DNA from: a virus
Lineage: Duplodnaviria; Heunggongvirae; Uroviricota; Caudoviricetes
Reading direction: 5' to 3' (one strand)
IMG/VR virus record: IMGVR_UViG_2585427964_000002
Length of the DNA stretch: 47,473 nucleotides
The notes beneath the pieces are model-generated. The model was given only the letters and a program-made list of their open reading frames with translations. It had not been told where the DNA came from and did not search any database. Below, piece after piece: positions 8,922 to 16,477 of the stretch. Every line of letters starts with the position of its first letter. The stretch's first letter is position 1. The position numbers and the translations under genes are program-made.

Positions 8922-9953
8922 ATGTATATTACTTCCAAACTGCGGCGTATCGCGTTACGCTACTCAAGATTATTCCAACATGAGTCCTCCTATATGGCAC
9001 GAAAATTAATAATATTCGGCAACGGTCTTGGTATGGCTTTAGATCCTGCTCATTTTTCCTTAGACAGGGCGTTGGCAGAAATTTGGCATCGATCCAATTT
9101 CTTAAACGATGTCCATAAGCAACTTATCGAACGTTGTCTTCAGCGGCAAGGTCCACCGGCAGGGGAACATGAGTTGGATACCCTTCACCAAGCTATCACA
9201 TATTGTAAGGCTCTTGCGCAAATTGGAGAAGGAAACGAGCATTGGCTTACTGACGATGGACTAAACTTCCCCGAAATCACCGCCACTTATATCCACAAAG
9301 TTGCAACTAGTTTGCATAATTACGGTGAAGGGTTGCCGCAAAGATTCGAAAATGCGCTAGTGGAATTTGTAAAAAATACACGCACTCATATTGCGACATT
9401 AAACTATGACAAATTATTATACAACTCATTCATAGATAATGATATATTCAGCGGGTATGATGGGTATCTGGTTGATGGGATGTTAGGCCACGGATTTTCC
9501 GCCGAAGCGCTCGAACGGAAATATAATCGTAGGTTTGGTTATTATTTGCATTTGCATGGCTCACCACTATTTGTTAATCAGGGTGAGACCGTCTTAAAAC
9601 TTTCACGTTCTCAACTTACGGTTGACAGGGATGAGCCTAGCGAACATATAGTGTTAACGCATATAAAAAGGAAACCGTCAGTTATAGCAGCATCTAATGT
9701 TCTTTCTACGTACTGGGATTATTTGCAGTTTGCATTATTTGAATCAGAAGAAATAATACTGTTTGGTTATTCTGGCCTCGATGAACACCTTAACCTGCTT
9801 ATTCGGCCTTACCTAACCTCTAAGCATTTAAGAGTAATTGAGTGGAGCGGTGCAGGTGAACAAAATGACCGTGAGGCATACTGGCAATATTTGTTAGGAC
9901 GGGAAGTTACTGTAACCAGGTTGGATAACATCACTGACTTCATCAATTGGTAG
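8922..9953 (+). CDS. SIR2-like (SIR2_2/DHS-like NAD-binding fold) protein, candidate NADase defence effector
   Basis: Ordered motifs of the defence-associated SIR2 family: Rossmann strand plus glycine loop KLIIFGNGLGMAL, catalytic-Asn motif ATLNYDKLLY, catalytic-His motif YLHLHGSPLF, and ILFGYSGLDEH. Alternative start at ATG 8994; neither start has a strong Shine-Dalgarno. Visibly AT-rich relative to flanking phage genes. Confidence 0.6.
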   Translation: MYITSKLRRIALRYSRLFQHESSYMARKLIIFGNGLGMALDPAHFSLDRALAEIWHRSNFLNDVHKQLIERCLQRQGPPAGEHELDTLHQAITYCKALAQIGEGNEHWLTDDGLNFPEITATYIHKVATSLHNYGEGLPQRFENALVEFVKNTRTHIATLNYDKLLYNSFIDNDIFSGYDGYLVDGMLGHGFSAEALERKYNRRFGYYLHLHGSPLFVNQGETVLKLSRSQLTVDRDEPSEHIVLTHIKRKPSVIAASNVLSTYWDYLQFALFESEEIILFGYSGLDEHLNLLIRPYLTSKHLRVIEWSGAGEQNDREAYWQYLLGREVTVTRLDNITDFINW

Positions 9954-9959
9954 CACAAT

Positions 9960-9997
9960 GCGAAGTTAGTATCGAGAGTATACGGTTCTAACTTCGC
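9960..9997 (+). other. Perfect 10-bp inverted repeat (GCGAAGTTAG...CTAACTTCGC) forming a stem-loop 7 nt after the SIR2-like stop
   Basis: Read directly; the 18-nt loop contains a GTATAC palindrome. No downstream T-run, so not a canonical intrinsic terminator. Confidence 0.5.
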
Positions 9998-10123
9998 TGA
10001 GCTGAAATATACACTTTACCTTCATTTCATTCTTTAGATGAACACCCAATAGTTGTATTGAATCATTGAAGAGGCAGTCTCATATTTATCAGTATTGGTA
10101 TACGTCCAATACAGGAGGTTATC

Positions 10124-10231
10124 GTGTTGGCTCTGACGTGTGTGTTGGCTATTGTGGCTGTGCTGGTAATTTATTGTCTTGTTGTTGCTTTCATGGAGCG
10201 ATTTTCTGATTGGCGAGGTAGAGGGAGTTAA
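10124..10231 (+). CDS. 35-codon single-pass membrane peptide (type I toxin-like)
   Basis: AGGAGG Shine-Dalgarno 5 nt upstream of GTG. Translation MLALTCVLAIVAVLVIYCLVVAFMERFSDWRGRGS: 22-residue hydrophobic helix plus charged tail. Below the 60-aa ORF-track cutoff. Confidence 0.4.
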   Translation: MLALTCVLAIVAVLVIYCLVVAFMERFSDWRGRGS

Positions 10232-10413
10232 GTAAAATTGCTGCGGGTGCTTGAGGCTATCTGCCTCGGGCATGAACACCAACGGCAGATAGAGAAAAGC
10301 CCCAGTTAACATTACGCGTCCTGCAAGACGCTTAACATTAATCTGAGGCCAATTTCATGCTAGACACATGTAGGTTAGCCTCTTACGTGCCGAAAGGCAA
10401 GGAGAAGCAGGCT

Positions 10414-10569
10414 ATGAAGCAGCAAAAGGCGATGTTAATCGCCCTGATCGTCATCTGTTTAACCGTCATAGTGACGGCACTGGTAACGAGGAAAGACCTC
10501 TGCGAGGTACGAATCCGAACCGGCCAGACGGAGGTCGCTGTCTTCACAGCTTACGAACCTGAGGAGTAA
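10414..10569 (+). CDS. hokD: Hok/Gef-family membrane toxin HokD (RelF)
   Basis: 51-codon ORF MKQQKAMLIALIVICLTVIVTALVTRKDLCEVRIRTGQTEVAVFTAYEPEE matching recalled HokD. An in-frame upstream extension (track ORF from 10357, 70 aa) is mok-like. Confidence 0.85.
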   Translation: MKQQKAMLIALIVICLTVIVTALVTRKDLCEVRIRTGQTEVAVFTAYEPEE

Positions 10570-10639
10570 GAGACCCGGCGAGGGAGAAATCCCTCGCCAC
10601 CTCTGATGTGGCAGGCATCCTCAACGCACCCGCACTTAA

Positions 10640-10668
10640 CCCGCTTCGGCGGGTTTTTGTTTTTATTT
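10640..10668 (+). terminator. Intrinsic terminator downstream of hokD
   Basis: CCCGCTTCGGCGGG hairpin followed by a T-run. Confidence 0.6.
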
Positions 10669-10785
10669 TCAACGCGTTTGAAGTTCTGGACGGTGCCGGA
10701 ATAGAATCAAAAATACTTAAGTAGCGCGCAGGGATAAGAGGGATGGTCCCTTAAAGGGGAGAGCTAATTATCCGGAAGAATTCTG

Positions 10786-11037
10786 ATGATGAACATCGAA
10801 GAACTGCGTAAAATTTTTTGTGAAGATGGCCTCTATGCTGTGTGCGTTGAAAATGGAAATCTTGTTAGTCATTACCGCATTATGTGTTTGCGAAAGAATG
10901 GGGCTGCGTTAATTAATTTTGTGGATGGTCGAGTGACAGACGGATTTATCTTGCGCGAAGGTGAGTTTGTCACTTCATTACAGGCACTGAAAGAGATCGG
11001 AATAAAAGCAGGCTTTTCAGCTTTTGCAGAAGAATAA
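10786..11037 (+). CDS. rem: Rem-like protein
   Basis: 83-aa ORF (MMNIEELRKIFCEDGLYAVCVENG...) downstream of hokD as in K-12 Qin (from memory). Confidence 0.6.
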   Translation: MMNIEELRKIFCEDGLYAVCVENGNLVSHYRIMCLRKNGAALINFVDGRVTDGFILREGEFVTSLQALKEIGIKAGFSAFAEE

Positions 11038-11103
11038 ACTCATCTACAATCTTGCGCGGGGCTGAACTCCCGCTGAGTAACACCGTGCCACCGGAGAAAA
11101 CCG

Positions 11104-11382
11104 ATGGCACGCAACGTAAAATATTACAATTCTGATAATTCGCCCGTTCTTGCCTGCACGCACGAGCGGTATTCTCACGCATTCAAGTCTGAATGGTTCC
11201 AGCACCCTCCATGCACTGAAGAGCGGGCTGAATGGATAATTCAGTGTTACCGCAGGCGCGGATACGAGGTTAAGAAAGCCCTTAGTCTCGACTACCGTCA
11301 CTGGATAATCTCAGTCAGATTGCCTTACTCCGAACGCCCACCGCGTCCGTCCCGTACATTCCAGCAACGCATCTGGAGGTAA
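11104..11382 (+). CDS. Hypothetical phage protein
   Basis: 92-aa ORF between rem and ydfU-like, same strand, compact spacing. Confidence 0.4.
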   Translation: MARNVKYYNSDNSPVLACTHERYSHAFKSEWFQHPPCTEERAEWIIQCYRRRGYEVKKALSLDYRHWIISVRLPYSERPPRPSRTFQQRIWR

Positions 11383-11383
11383 C

Positions 11384-12433
11384 GTGCGGGTATTACTTCG
11401 ACCTGTTCTGGTACCGGAACTCGGGCTGGTGGTCGTTAAGCCGGGCCGTGAATCCATGCCGGTATTCCACAATACCCGGGTACTGGTGGAGCCGGAACCG
11501 AAAAGCATGCGTAATCTGCCGTCCGGGGTCGTTCCTGCCGTTCGCCAGCCGCTGGTGGAAGACAAAACATTGCTGCCGTTTTTCAGTAACGCACGGGTAA
11601 TTCGTGCTGCTGGTGGTGCTGGTGCATTGTCTGACTGGCTGTTGCGCCATATTAAATCCTGCCAGTGGCCACACGGCGATTATCATCACAGCGAAACCGT
11701 TATTCACCGTTATGGTACCGGCGCAATGGTGTTGTGCTGGCACTGCGACAACCAGCTGTGTGACCAGACATCCGAATCACTCGAGCAACTTGCTCATCAA
11801 AACCTGTCAGCATGGATGATTGACGTCATCGGTCACGCAATAAGCGGTACGCAGGAGCGTGAATTATCTCTGGCTGAATTATCCTGGTGGGCGGTCCGCA
11901 ATCAGGTGGCGGACGCGCTACCGGAAGCGGTATTACGTCGTTCGCTGGGGTTGCGTGCGGAAAAAATCCGCTCAATGTACCGTGAAAGCGACATCGTACC
12001 GGGAGAGCAGACCGCCACCAGCATACTGAAACAGCGCACAAAAAATCTTGCGCCGCTGCCTCACGCCCACCAGCAACAGAACCCACCACAGGAAAAGACG
12101 GTGGTCAGCATTGCCGTTGATCCTGAGTCTCCGGAATCTTTTATGAAACGACCTAAACGTCGCCGCTGGGTTAACGAGAAATACACACGCTGGGTGAAGA
12201 CACAGCCGTGTGCGTGTTGTGGTAAGCCAGCCGACGATCCCCATCACCTGATTGGTCATGGTCAGGGCGGAATGGGGACAAAATCTCACGATATTTTCAC
12301 GCTACCGCTGTGTCGGGAGCATCACAACGAGCTTCATGCGGATCCGCTGGCGTTCGAAGAAAAGCATGGTTCTCAGGTTGATTTAATTTTTCGTTTTCTT
12401 GATCACGCCTTTGCAACTGGCGTGCTTGGGTAA
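11384..12433 (+). CDS. ydfU: YdfU-like DUF968 protein with C-terminal HNH-like Cys/His motif
   Basis: 349 aa, same length as recalled K-12 YdfU. C-terminal CACCGKPADDPHHLIGHG...CREHHNELH. Confidence 0.65.
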   Translation: MRVLLRPVLVPELGLVVVKPGRESMPVFHNTRVLVEPEPKSMRNLPSGVVPAVRQPLVEDKTLLPFFSNARVIRAAGGAGALSDWLLRHIKSCQWPHGDYHHSETVIHRYGTGAMVLCWHCDNQLCDQTSESLEQLAHQNLSAWMIDVIGHAISGTQERELSLAELSWWAVRNQVADALPEAVLRRSLGLRAEKIRSMYRESDIVPGEQTATSILKQRTKNLAPLPHAHQQQNPPQEKTVVSIAVDPESPESFMKRPKRRRWVNEKYTRWVKTQPCACCGKPADDPHHLIGHGQGGMGTKSHDIFTLPLCREHHNELHADPLAFEEKHGSQVDLIFRFLDHAFATGVLG

Positions 12434-12445
12434 AAGAGGTGACTG

Positions 12446-12820
12446 ATGCTCATAGATTTGGTTTTACCTTACCCGCCGACGGTGAACACTTACTGGCGAC
12501 GCCGTGGCAGCACATATTTTATCTCGGAGGAGGGAAAGCGTTATCGCCGGGCTGTGGCGCTTATTGTTCGCCAGCAGCGGCTGAAATTAAGCCTGTCCGG
12601 AAGGCTGGCGATAAAGGTGATTGCAGAGCCACCGGATAAGCGTCGTCGCGACCTGGACAATATCCTGAAAGCACCGCTGGATGCGCTGACGCATGCGGGA
12701 GTGTTAATGGACGATGAGCAGTTTGATGAAATCAATATCGTTCGTGGTCAGCCAGTATCTGGTGGACGTATGGGGGTGAAGATTTACCCCATAATGCATG
12801 AAGAGCAGGTCAAAAAATGA
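12446..12820 (+). CDS. rusA: Holliday junction resolvase RusA
   Basis: 124 aa with the RusA signature region ...DKRRRDLDNILKAPLDALT... and typical size and position upstream of Q. Confidence 0.85.
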   Translation: MLIDLVLPYPPTVNTYWRRRGSTYFISEEGKRYRRAVALIVRQQRLKLSLSGRLAIKVIAEPPDKRRRDLDNILKAPLDALTHAGVLMDDEQFDEINIVRGQPVSGGRMGVKIYPIMHEEQVKK

Positions 12821-13638
12821 AACTGGAAGATTTACCGAAATACTACTCCCCAAAATCCCCTTGCCTGACCGATGCATCGGCTTCAACGTCAAAAGATGCG
12901 CTGAGTATCACTGATGTGATGGCCGCGCAGGGCATGACACAGAATCGGGCTGAGATGGGGTTTTCTGCGTTCCTGGGGAAAATGGGCATCAGTATGAATG
13001 ACAGGGCACGGGCAACAGAATTACTGGCAGATTATGCACTCAGTCGGTGCGATCGTGTGGCGGCGTTGAGAAAACTTCCGGCAGAAATAAAACCGGTAGT
13101 GATGCGCATTATGGCTTCGTACGCTTTTGAGGATTATGCCCGCAGCGCAGCGAGTAAAAAGCAGTGCCCTTGTTGCTATGGGGAAAAATTTATTGAAAGC
13201 GTAGTTTTTACAAACAAGGTCCAGTATCCGGATGGTAAGCCGCCGGTATGGGCAAAGTGTACGAAAGGTGTGTATCCGTCTTACTGGGAAGAATGGAAAA
13301 AAGTCAGGGAGGTGGTAAAAGTTGCCTGTCCGGAGTGTGGCGGAAAGGGTGAGGTTTCCACCGCCTGTAAGGATTGCCGTGGGCGTGGTGTCGCCATTCA
13401 CCGTGAAGAGTCGGTAAAACGTGGTATGCCTGTTATCAGAGACTGCCAGCGTTGTGGTGGTCGTGGCTATGAAAGACTACCATCAACGGAGGCATTTAAT
13501 GCTATATGCGAGGTGACAAACCAGATAACACGCGCGTCATGGGAAAAAACAGTTAAGAAATTCTATGATGCGCTGGTGACCCGGTTTGATATTGAAGAAG
13601 CATGGGCTGAGCGGCAGTTAAAAAAGGTAACTAGGTAA
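12817..13638 (+). CDS. Q: Late-gene antitermination protein Q
   Basis: 273-aa ORF overlapping the rusA stop, with several CxxC zinc-binding pairs, at the position preceding the late promoter, tRNAs and lysis genes. Confidence 0.75.
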   Translation: MKLEDLPKYYSPKSPCLTDASASTSKDALSITDVMAAQGMTQNRAEMGFSAFLGKMGISMNDRARATELLADYALSRCDRVAALRKLPAEIKPVVMRIMASYAFEDYARSAASKKQCPCCYGEKFIESVVFTNKVQYPDGKPPVWAKCTKGVYPSYWEEWKKVREVVKVACPECGGKGEVSTACKDCRGRGVAIHREESVKRGMPVIRDCQRCGGRGYERLPSTEAFNAICEVTNQITRASWEKTVKKFYDALVTRFDIEEAWAERQLKKVTR

Positions 13639-13720
13639 CAAGGTTGATTTTTCCGGAATCTGTGGTAAATTCATCATAATGATGGGCTTTTTATGCCTGA
13701 CGTTAGAAGAGTTTCTACAA

Positions 13721-13743
13721 CCCGCCGCCGAGCGGGTTTTTTA
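13721..13743 (+). terminator. Intrinsic terminator (tR'-like) downstream of Q
   Basis: CCCGCCGCCGAGCGGG hairpin plus TTTTTTATT. A putative late promoter (TTGATT ... CATAAT) lies in 13645-13680. Confidence 0.55.
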
Positions 13744-13781
13744 TTGCGGAATTAATTACGGACCGTTATTATTCTGCTCCC

Positions 13782-13857
13782 GGCCCTTTAGCTCAGTGGT
13801 GAGAGCGAGCGACTCATAATCGCCAGGTCGCTGGTTCAAATCCAGCAAGGGCCACCA
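13782..13857 (+). tRNA. tRNA with CAU anticodon (Ile2/Met type, ileX/ileZ-like)
   Basis: 76-nt cloverleaf GGCCCTTTAGCTCAGTGGTGAGAGCGAGCGACTCATAATCGCCAGGTCGCTGGTTCAAATCCAGCAAGGGCCACCA; anticodon loop CTCATAA; encoded CCA end. Confidence 0.85.
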
Positions 13858-13957
13858 TCACAAACCGCCATTAGCTTATCAGGAAGAGCAGACGACACGA
13901 TAACAGGGTTGTTGGTGCGGGGGCGGGTCCCCGATGGCGGTCCATTATCGGTATTCA

Positions 13958-14034
13958 GCGTTGTTAGCTCAGCCGGACAGAGCAATTGCCTTCTAAGCAA
14001 TCGGTCACTGGTTCGAATCCAGTACAGCGCGCCA
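13958..14034 (+). tRNA. tRNA-Arg (UCU anticodon)
   Basis: 77-nt cloverleaf GCGTTGTTAGCTCAGCCGGACAGAGCAATTGCCTTCTAAGCAATCGGTCACTGGTTCGAATCCAGTACAGCGCGCCA; anticodon TCT; T-arm GGTTCGAATCC. Confidence 0.85.
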
Positions 14035-14144
14035 TATTCATTCTTCCAGATTCCTTCCGGCAGAGCCTTATACTGGAATATACCTTGCTCAGGATATTGT
14101 TGAAAACATAATATGTTTGTCAAAAATAAAAGTTCTGTTAAGTA

Positions 14145-14498
14145 TTGATTGAGTGTTTGTTATACGGTCTAATGGTTTTTTCAGCATTAAATATTTATCA
14201 TTCATATGGTGTGGGTAGAGTGAATATTGATGAGGCGTCGGGGTGTTTCATCCTTAGGCAGCGTATTGATATAGTCAATGCAGCACGAGCAAAGGCCTTC
14301 AGCCGTTTGACAGTTTTGTTCTGTGCTCCTGATCGTCTTTCGGGAAGAGACGTTATTATTCTGAATAGTGATGCTATACAGAGGGTTTGCGATGAGTTCA
14401 TGGTTGCTAATTCAGAATTATTTGCTCTTGTTCAGGAGTACAACAGAATAGCCAGGACCTGTGGTATGGATGAACTTCGGATTACTCATCTGGGGTAG
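14145..14498 (+). CDS. Hypothetical protein in the cargo position downstream of the tRNAs
   Basis: 117-aa ORF with a TTG start in the track (possible internal ATG start 27 nt in). No recognisable motif. Confidence 0.3.
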   Translation: MIECLLYGLMVFSALNIYHSYGVGRVNIDEASGCFILRQRIDIVNAARAKAFSRLTVLFCAPDRLSGRDVIILNSDAIQRVCDEFMVANSELFALVQEYNRIARTCGMDELRITHLG

Positions 14499-15031
14499 AT
14501 ACATATCTGGATTATCACCTGTTACGGTAAAAAGTGATTGCTTACTGTTTTTGTGAATGGCATTGCAGCAGCCGGATAATGTCAGTGCTGGCTGACGGTG
14601 TGCTGGTGGCGGGTGTGGTGGTTGTTGCTTTCCCGTTGCTGAAAAAGAAAACGCCAGACTGTTAGCCGGGTATCAGTTAGCGGGAGAAATTTTTAAATAC
14701 TTCACAATTCAGGCGGTTGACTGTTCTCTGGTTTGCGGGGAGTTTGTTAAAAGAAACTGGCATGGTGAATCCCCCTGTGCGGAGGGGCAATCAGCGAGTA
14801 GGTATATGGGATAATCGCGGATTCAGGTGCTGGTACTGAATTCACCGGGAGGCACCCGGCACCATGCACTTCAATAGATTCTCTCCACATTATGGATATT
14901 CTTTCAGAATATCCCACGCAGACTTTGTGTAAATGTTAACAAATGTGCGTTTTATTTGATCTGATTCGCTGTTTGAGCGTCCAAAACAACGGTATATATA
15001 ATCCTTTACTATATGACATATGTGAGGAAAA

Positions 15032-15460
15032 ATGGGTTTTCGTAGCGCATCAATTCTTACGTTGATTATTAGTGGGATTATTATCGGGTGCAGTGATGCT
15101 GTATCGACAAATTATCATGACCGTACATCATATTACTCCGATAAAGCAATAGAGACACAGTATGTGAGTTCATCTGAACGTACTTCTGATGTTAGTGAGG
15201 ATATCCGTCTGTATGCCCATCAAATCAAGAGCGCCATCGAAAAACAGTTCGGGGATGCGAGTAAGTATTCAGGAAAAGAGTGTACACTGAGAATGCATAT
15301 GGCCCCGAATGGCCTTCTACTGGAGGTTAAAAGAGAAAGTGGAGACCTCGATTTATGTCGTGAAGCGATGAATGCGATAAAGAATGCTGATATACCTGCC
15401 CCCCCTTCGCCGGAAGTATATAAAGTATTTCAAAATGGGGTGCTGGATTTTAAACCCTGA
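15032..15460 (+). CDS. Outer-membrane lipoprotein with TolA C-terminal (domain III)-like domain
   Basis: Signal peptide plus lipobox IIGC|S. C-terminal ...KQFGDASKYSGKECTLRMHMAPNGLLLEVKRESGDLDLCREAMNAIKNADIPAPPSPEVYKVFQNGVLDFKP closely mirrors the recalled TolA C-terminus (...AVYEVFKNAPLDFKP). Confidence 0.7.
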   Translation: MGFRSASILTLIISGIIIGCSDAVSTNYHDRTSYYSDKAIETQYVSSSERTSDVSEDIRLYAHQIKSAIEKQFGDASKYSGKECTLRMHMAPNGLLLEVKRESGDLDLCREAMNAIKNADIPAPPSPEVYKVFQNGVLDFKP

Positions 15461-15610
15461 TATTTATTGTTTTGTAATAAACGGTTTCGGCTTAGGTTTG
15501 TTCTGACACAACTACGGCACTGAGCTAAATTTAGCGGATAGTCAGCTCTGAGCCAGTGGCGGACGTAACAACTACTATTGCTGAGATTTTAATGGATTGA
15601 GGAGCAAGAA

Positions 15611-16006
15611 GTGGGATTAAAGAAAATCGTTATGTTGACTTTTTGGGTCGGTTTTGTTGCGGGATGCACACCTTTACACCCTTCAGATTGCCACAAAACT
15701 ACTGCTACAGGTAGTTGCAGTTCAGGACGCTGGGATGATCAGGATGAATGGGGGGCGCAAGCGCGGGGAATCAGAGCTGCAATTAATGCCAAACTTGATG
15801 AGCCGCATAACTGGAAAGGGAAAAAATGCAGGTTGCATATGGAATTCTCTCAGGATGGCACGGCGTTAAAAATATCTACCAGTAACGGTGATAAAGCCTA
15901 TTGCGAAGCGATAAAGTCCGCAGCTCATAAAGCCAAATTTCCGGCCTTCAACAATCCGGAAGTCTACAGAGATTTTCAGAAATCTGGCTTTGACATGCGA
16001 GGTTAG
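15611..16006 (+). CDS. Outer-membrane lipoprotein with TolA C-terminal-like domain (paralog of 15032-15460)
   Basis: GAGGAG Shine-Dalgarno before a GTG start. Lipobox VAGC|T. C-terminal ...KGKKCRLHMEFSQDGTALKISTSNGDKAYCEAIKSAAHKAKFPAFNNPEVYRDFQ aligns by eye with the first lipoprotein and TolA domain III. Confidence 0.7.
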   Translation: MGLKKIVMLTFWVGFVAGCTPLHPSDCHKTTATGSCSSGRWDDQDEWGAQARGIRAAINAKLDEPHNWKGKKCRLHMEFSQDGTALKISTSNGDKAYCEAIKSAAHKAKFPAFNNPEVYRDFQKSGFDMRG

Positions 16007-16131
16007 CTCTTCAATTACTATATCTCATTCATAGCAAACTGACAGATTTGATGATGTTCTATATACGAAACCTGTGATGTCAAGTCTGAGCTAATACAAA
16101 TAAACATAATATCAGAGAAATACATTTTATT

Positions 16132-16154
16132 AGCTCGCTACGGCGAGCTTTTTA
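16132..16154 (+). terminator. Intrinsic terminator after the second TolA-like lipoprotein gene
   Basis: AGCTCGC-tacg-GCGAGCT hairpin followed by TTTTT. Confidence 0.5.
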
Positions 16155-16257
16155 TATTGCATCGTCTCCAGCATATATATCAATTAAGGCTCTGATTGAT
16201 GTGTCTGGAAGCCTACACATAATAACTATGCCATCCGTTCCGTGCGGAGGTGAGGCT

Positions 16258-16473
16258 ATGAAATCCATGGACAAAATTTCAACAGGCATTGCCTACGGCA
16301 CCTCCGCAGGCAGTGCTGGCTACTGGTTTTTACAGCTGCTCGATAAAGTCACGCCCTCACAGTGGGCAGCAATAGGTGTGCTGGGTAGCCTGGTATTTGG
16401 CCTGCTGACGTACCTGACAAATCTTTATTTCAAGATTAAAGAAGACAGGCGTAAGGCTGCGAGAGGAGAGTAA
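16258..16473 (+). CDS. S: Pinholin, phage 21 S-type class II holin with dual start
   Basis: GGAGGTGA Shine-Dalgarno before [31 protein letters not shown]...[19 protein letters not shown], matching recalled S21 pinholin with its MKSM dual-start motif. Confidence 0.8.
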   Translation: MKSMDKISTGIAYGTSAGSAGYWFLQLLDKVTPSQWAAIGVLGSLVFGLLTYLTNLYFKIKEDRRKAARGE

Positions 16474-16477
16474 TCCA

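Noticed and set aside
8780-8983. 67-aa plus-strand ORF just upstream of the SIR2-like gene
   Set aside because: Only a TTG start, no ATG and no ribosome-binding site; lies in AT-rich leader sequence and overlaps the alternative longer start of the SIR2-like ORF.
10034-10312. 92-aa minus-strand ORF in the AT-rich island
   Set aside because: His/Gln/Asn/Thr-rich low-complexity translation typical of AT-rich non-coding DNA. It overlaps the plus-strand small peptide ORF, which has a strong Shine-Dalgarno. An antisense RNA here is not excluded.
13858-13957. Possible third tRNA between the two tRNA genes
   Set aside because: No acceptor-stem/T-arm pattern (GGTTCGAATCC-like) could be traced by eye in the spacer; at most a decayed remnant.
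14035-16200. Shiga toxin (stxA/stxB) or other known toxin operon downstream of Q and the tRNAs
   Set aside because: The genomic context is Stx-phage-like, but the ORFs here show no resemblance to Stx A or B subunits as recalled. The slot holds an unassigned ORF and TolA-like lipoproteins instead.
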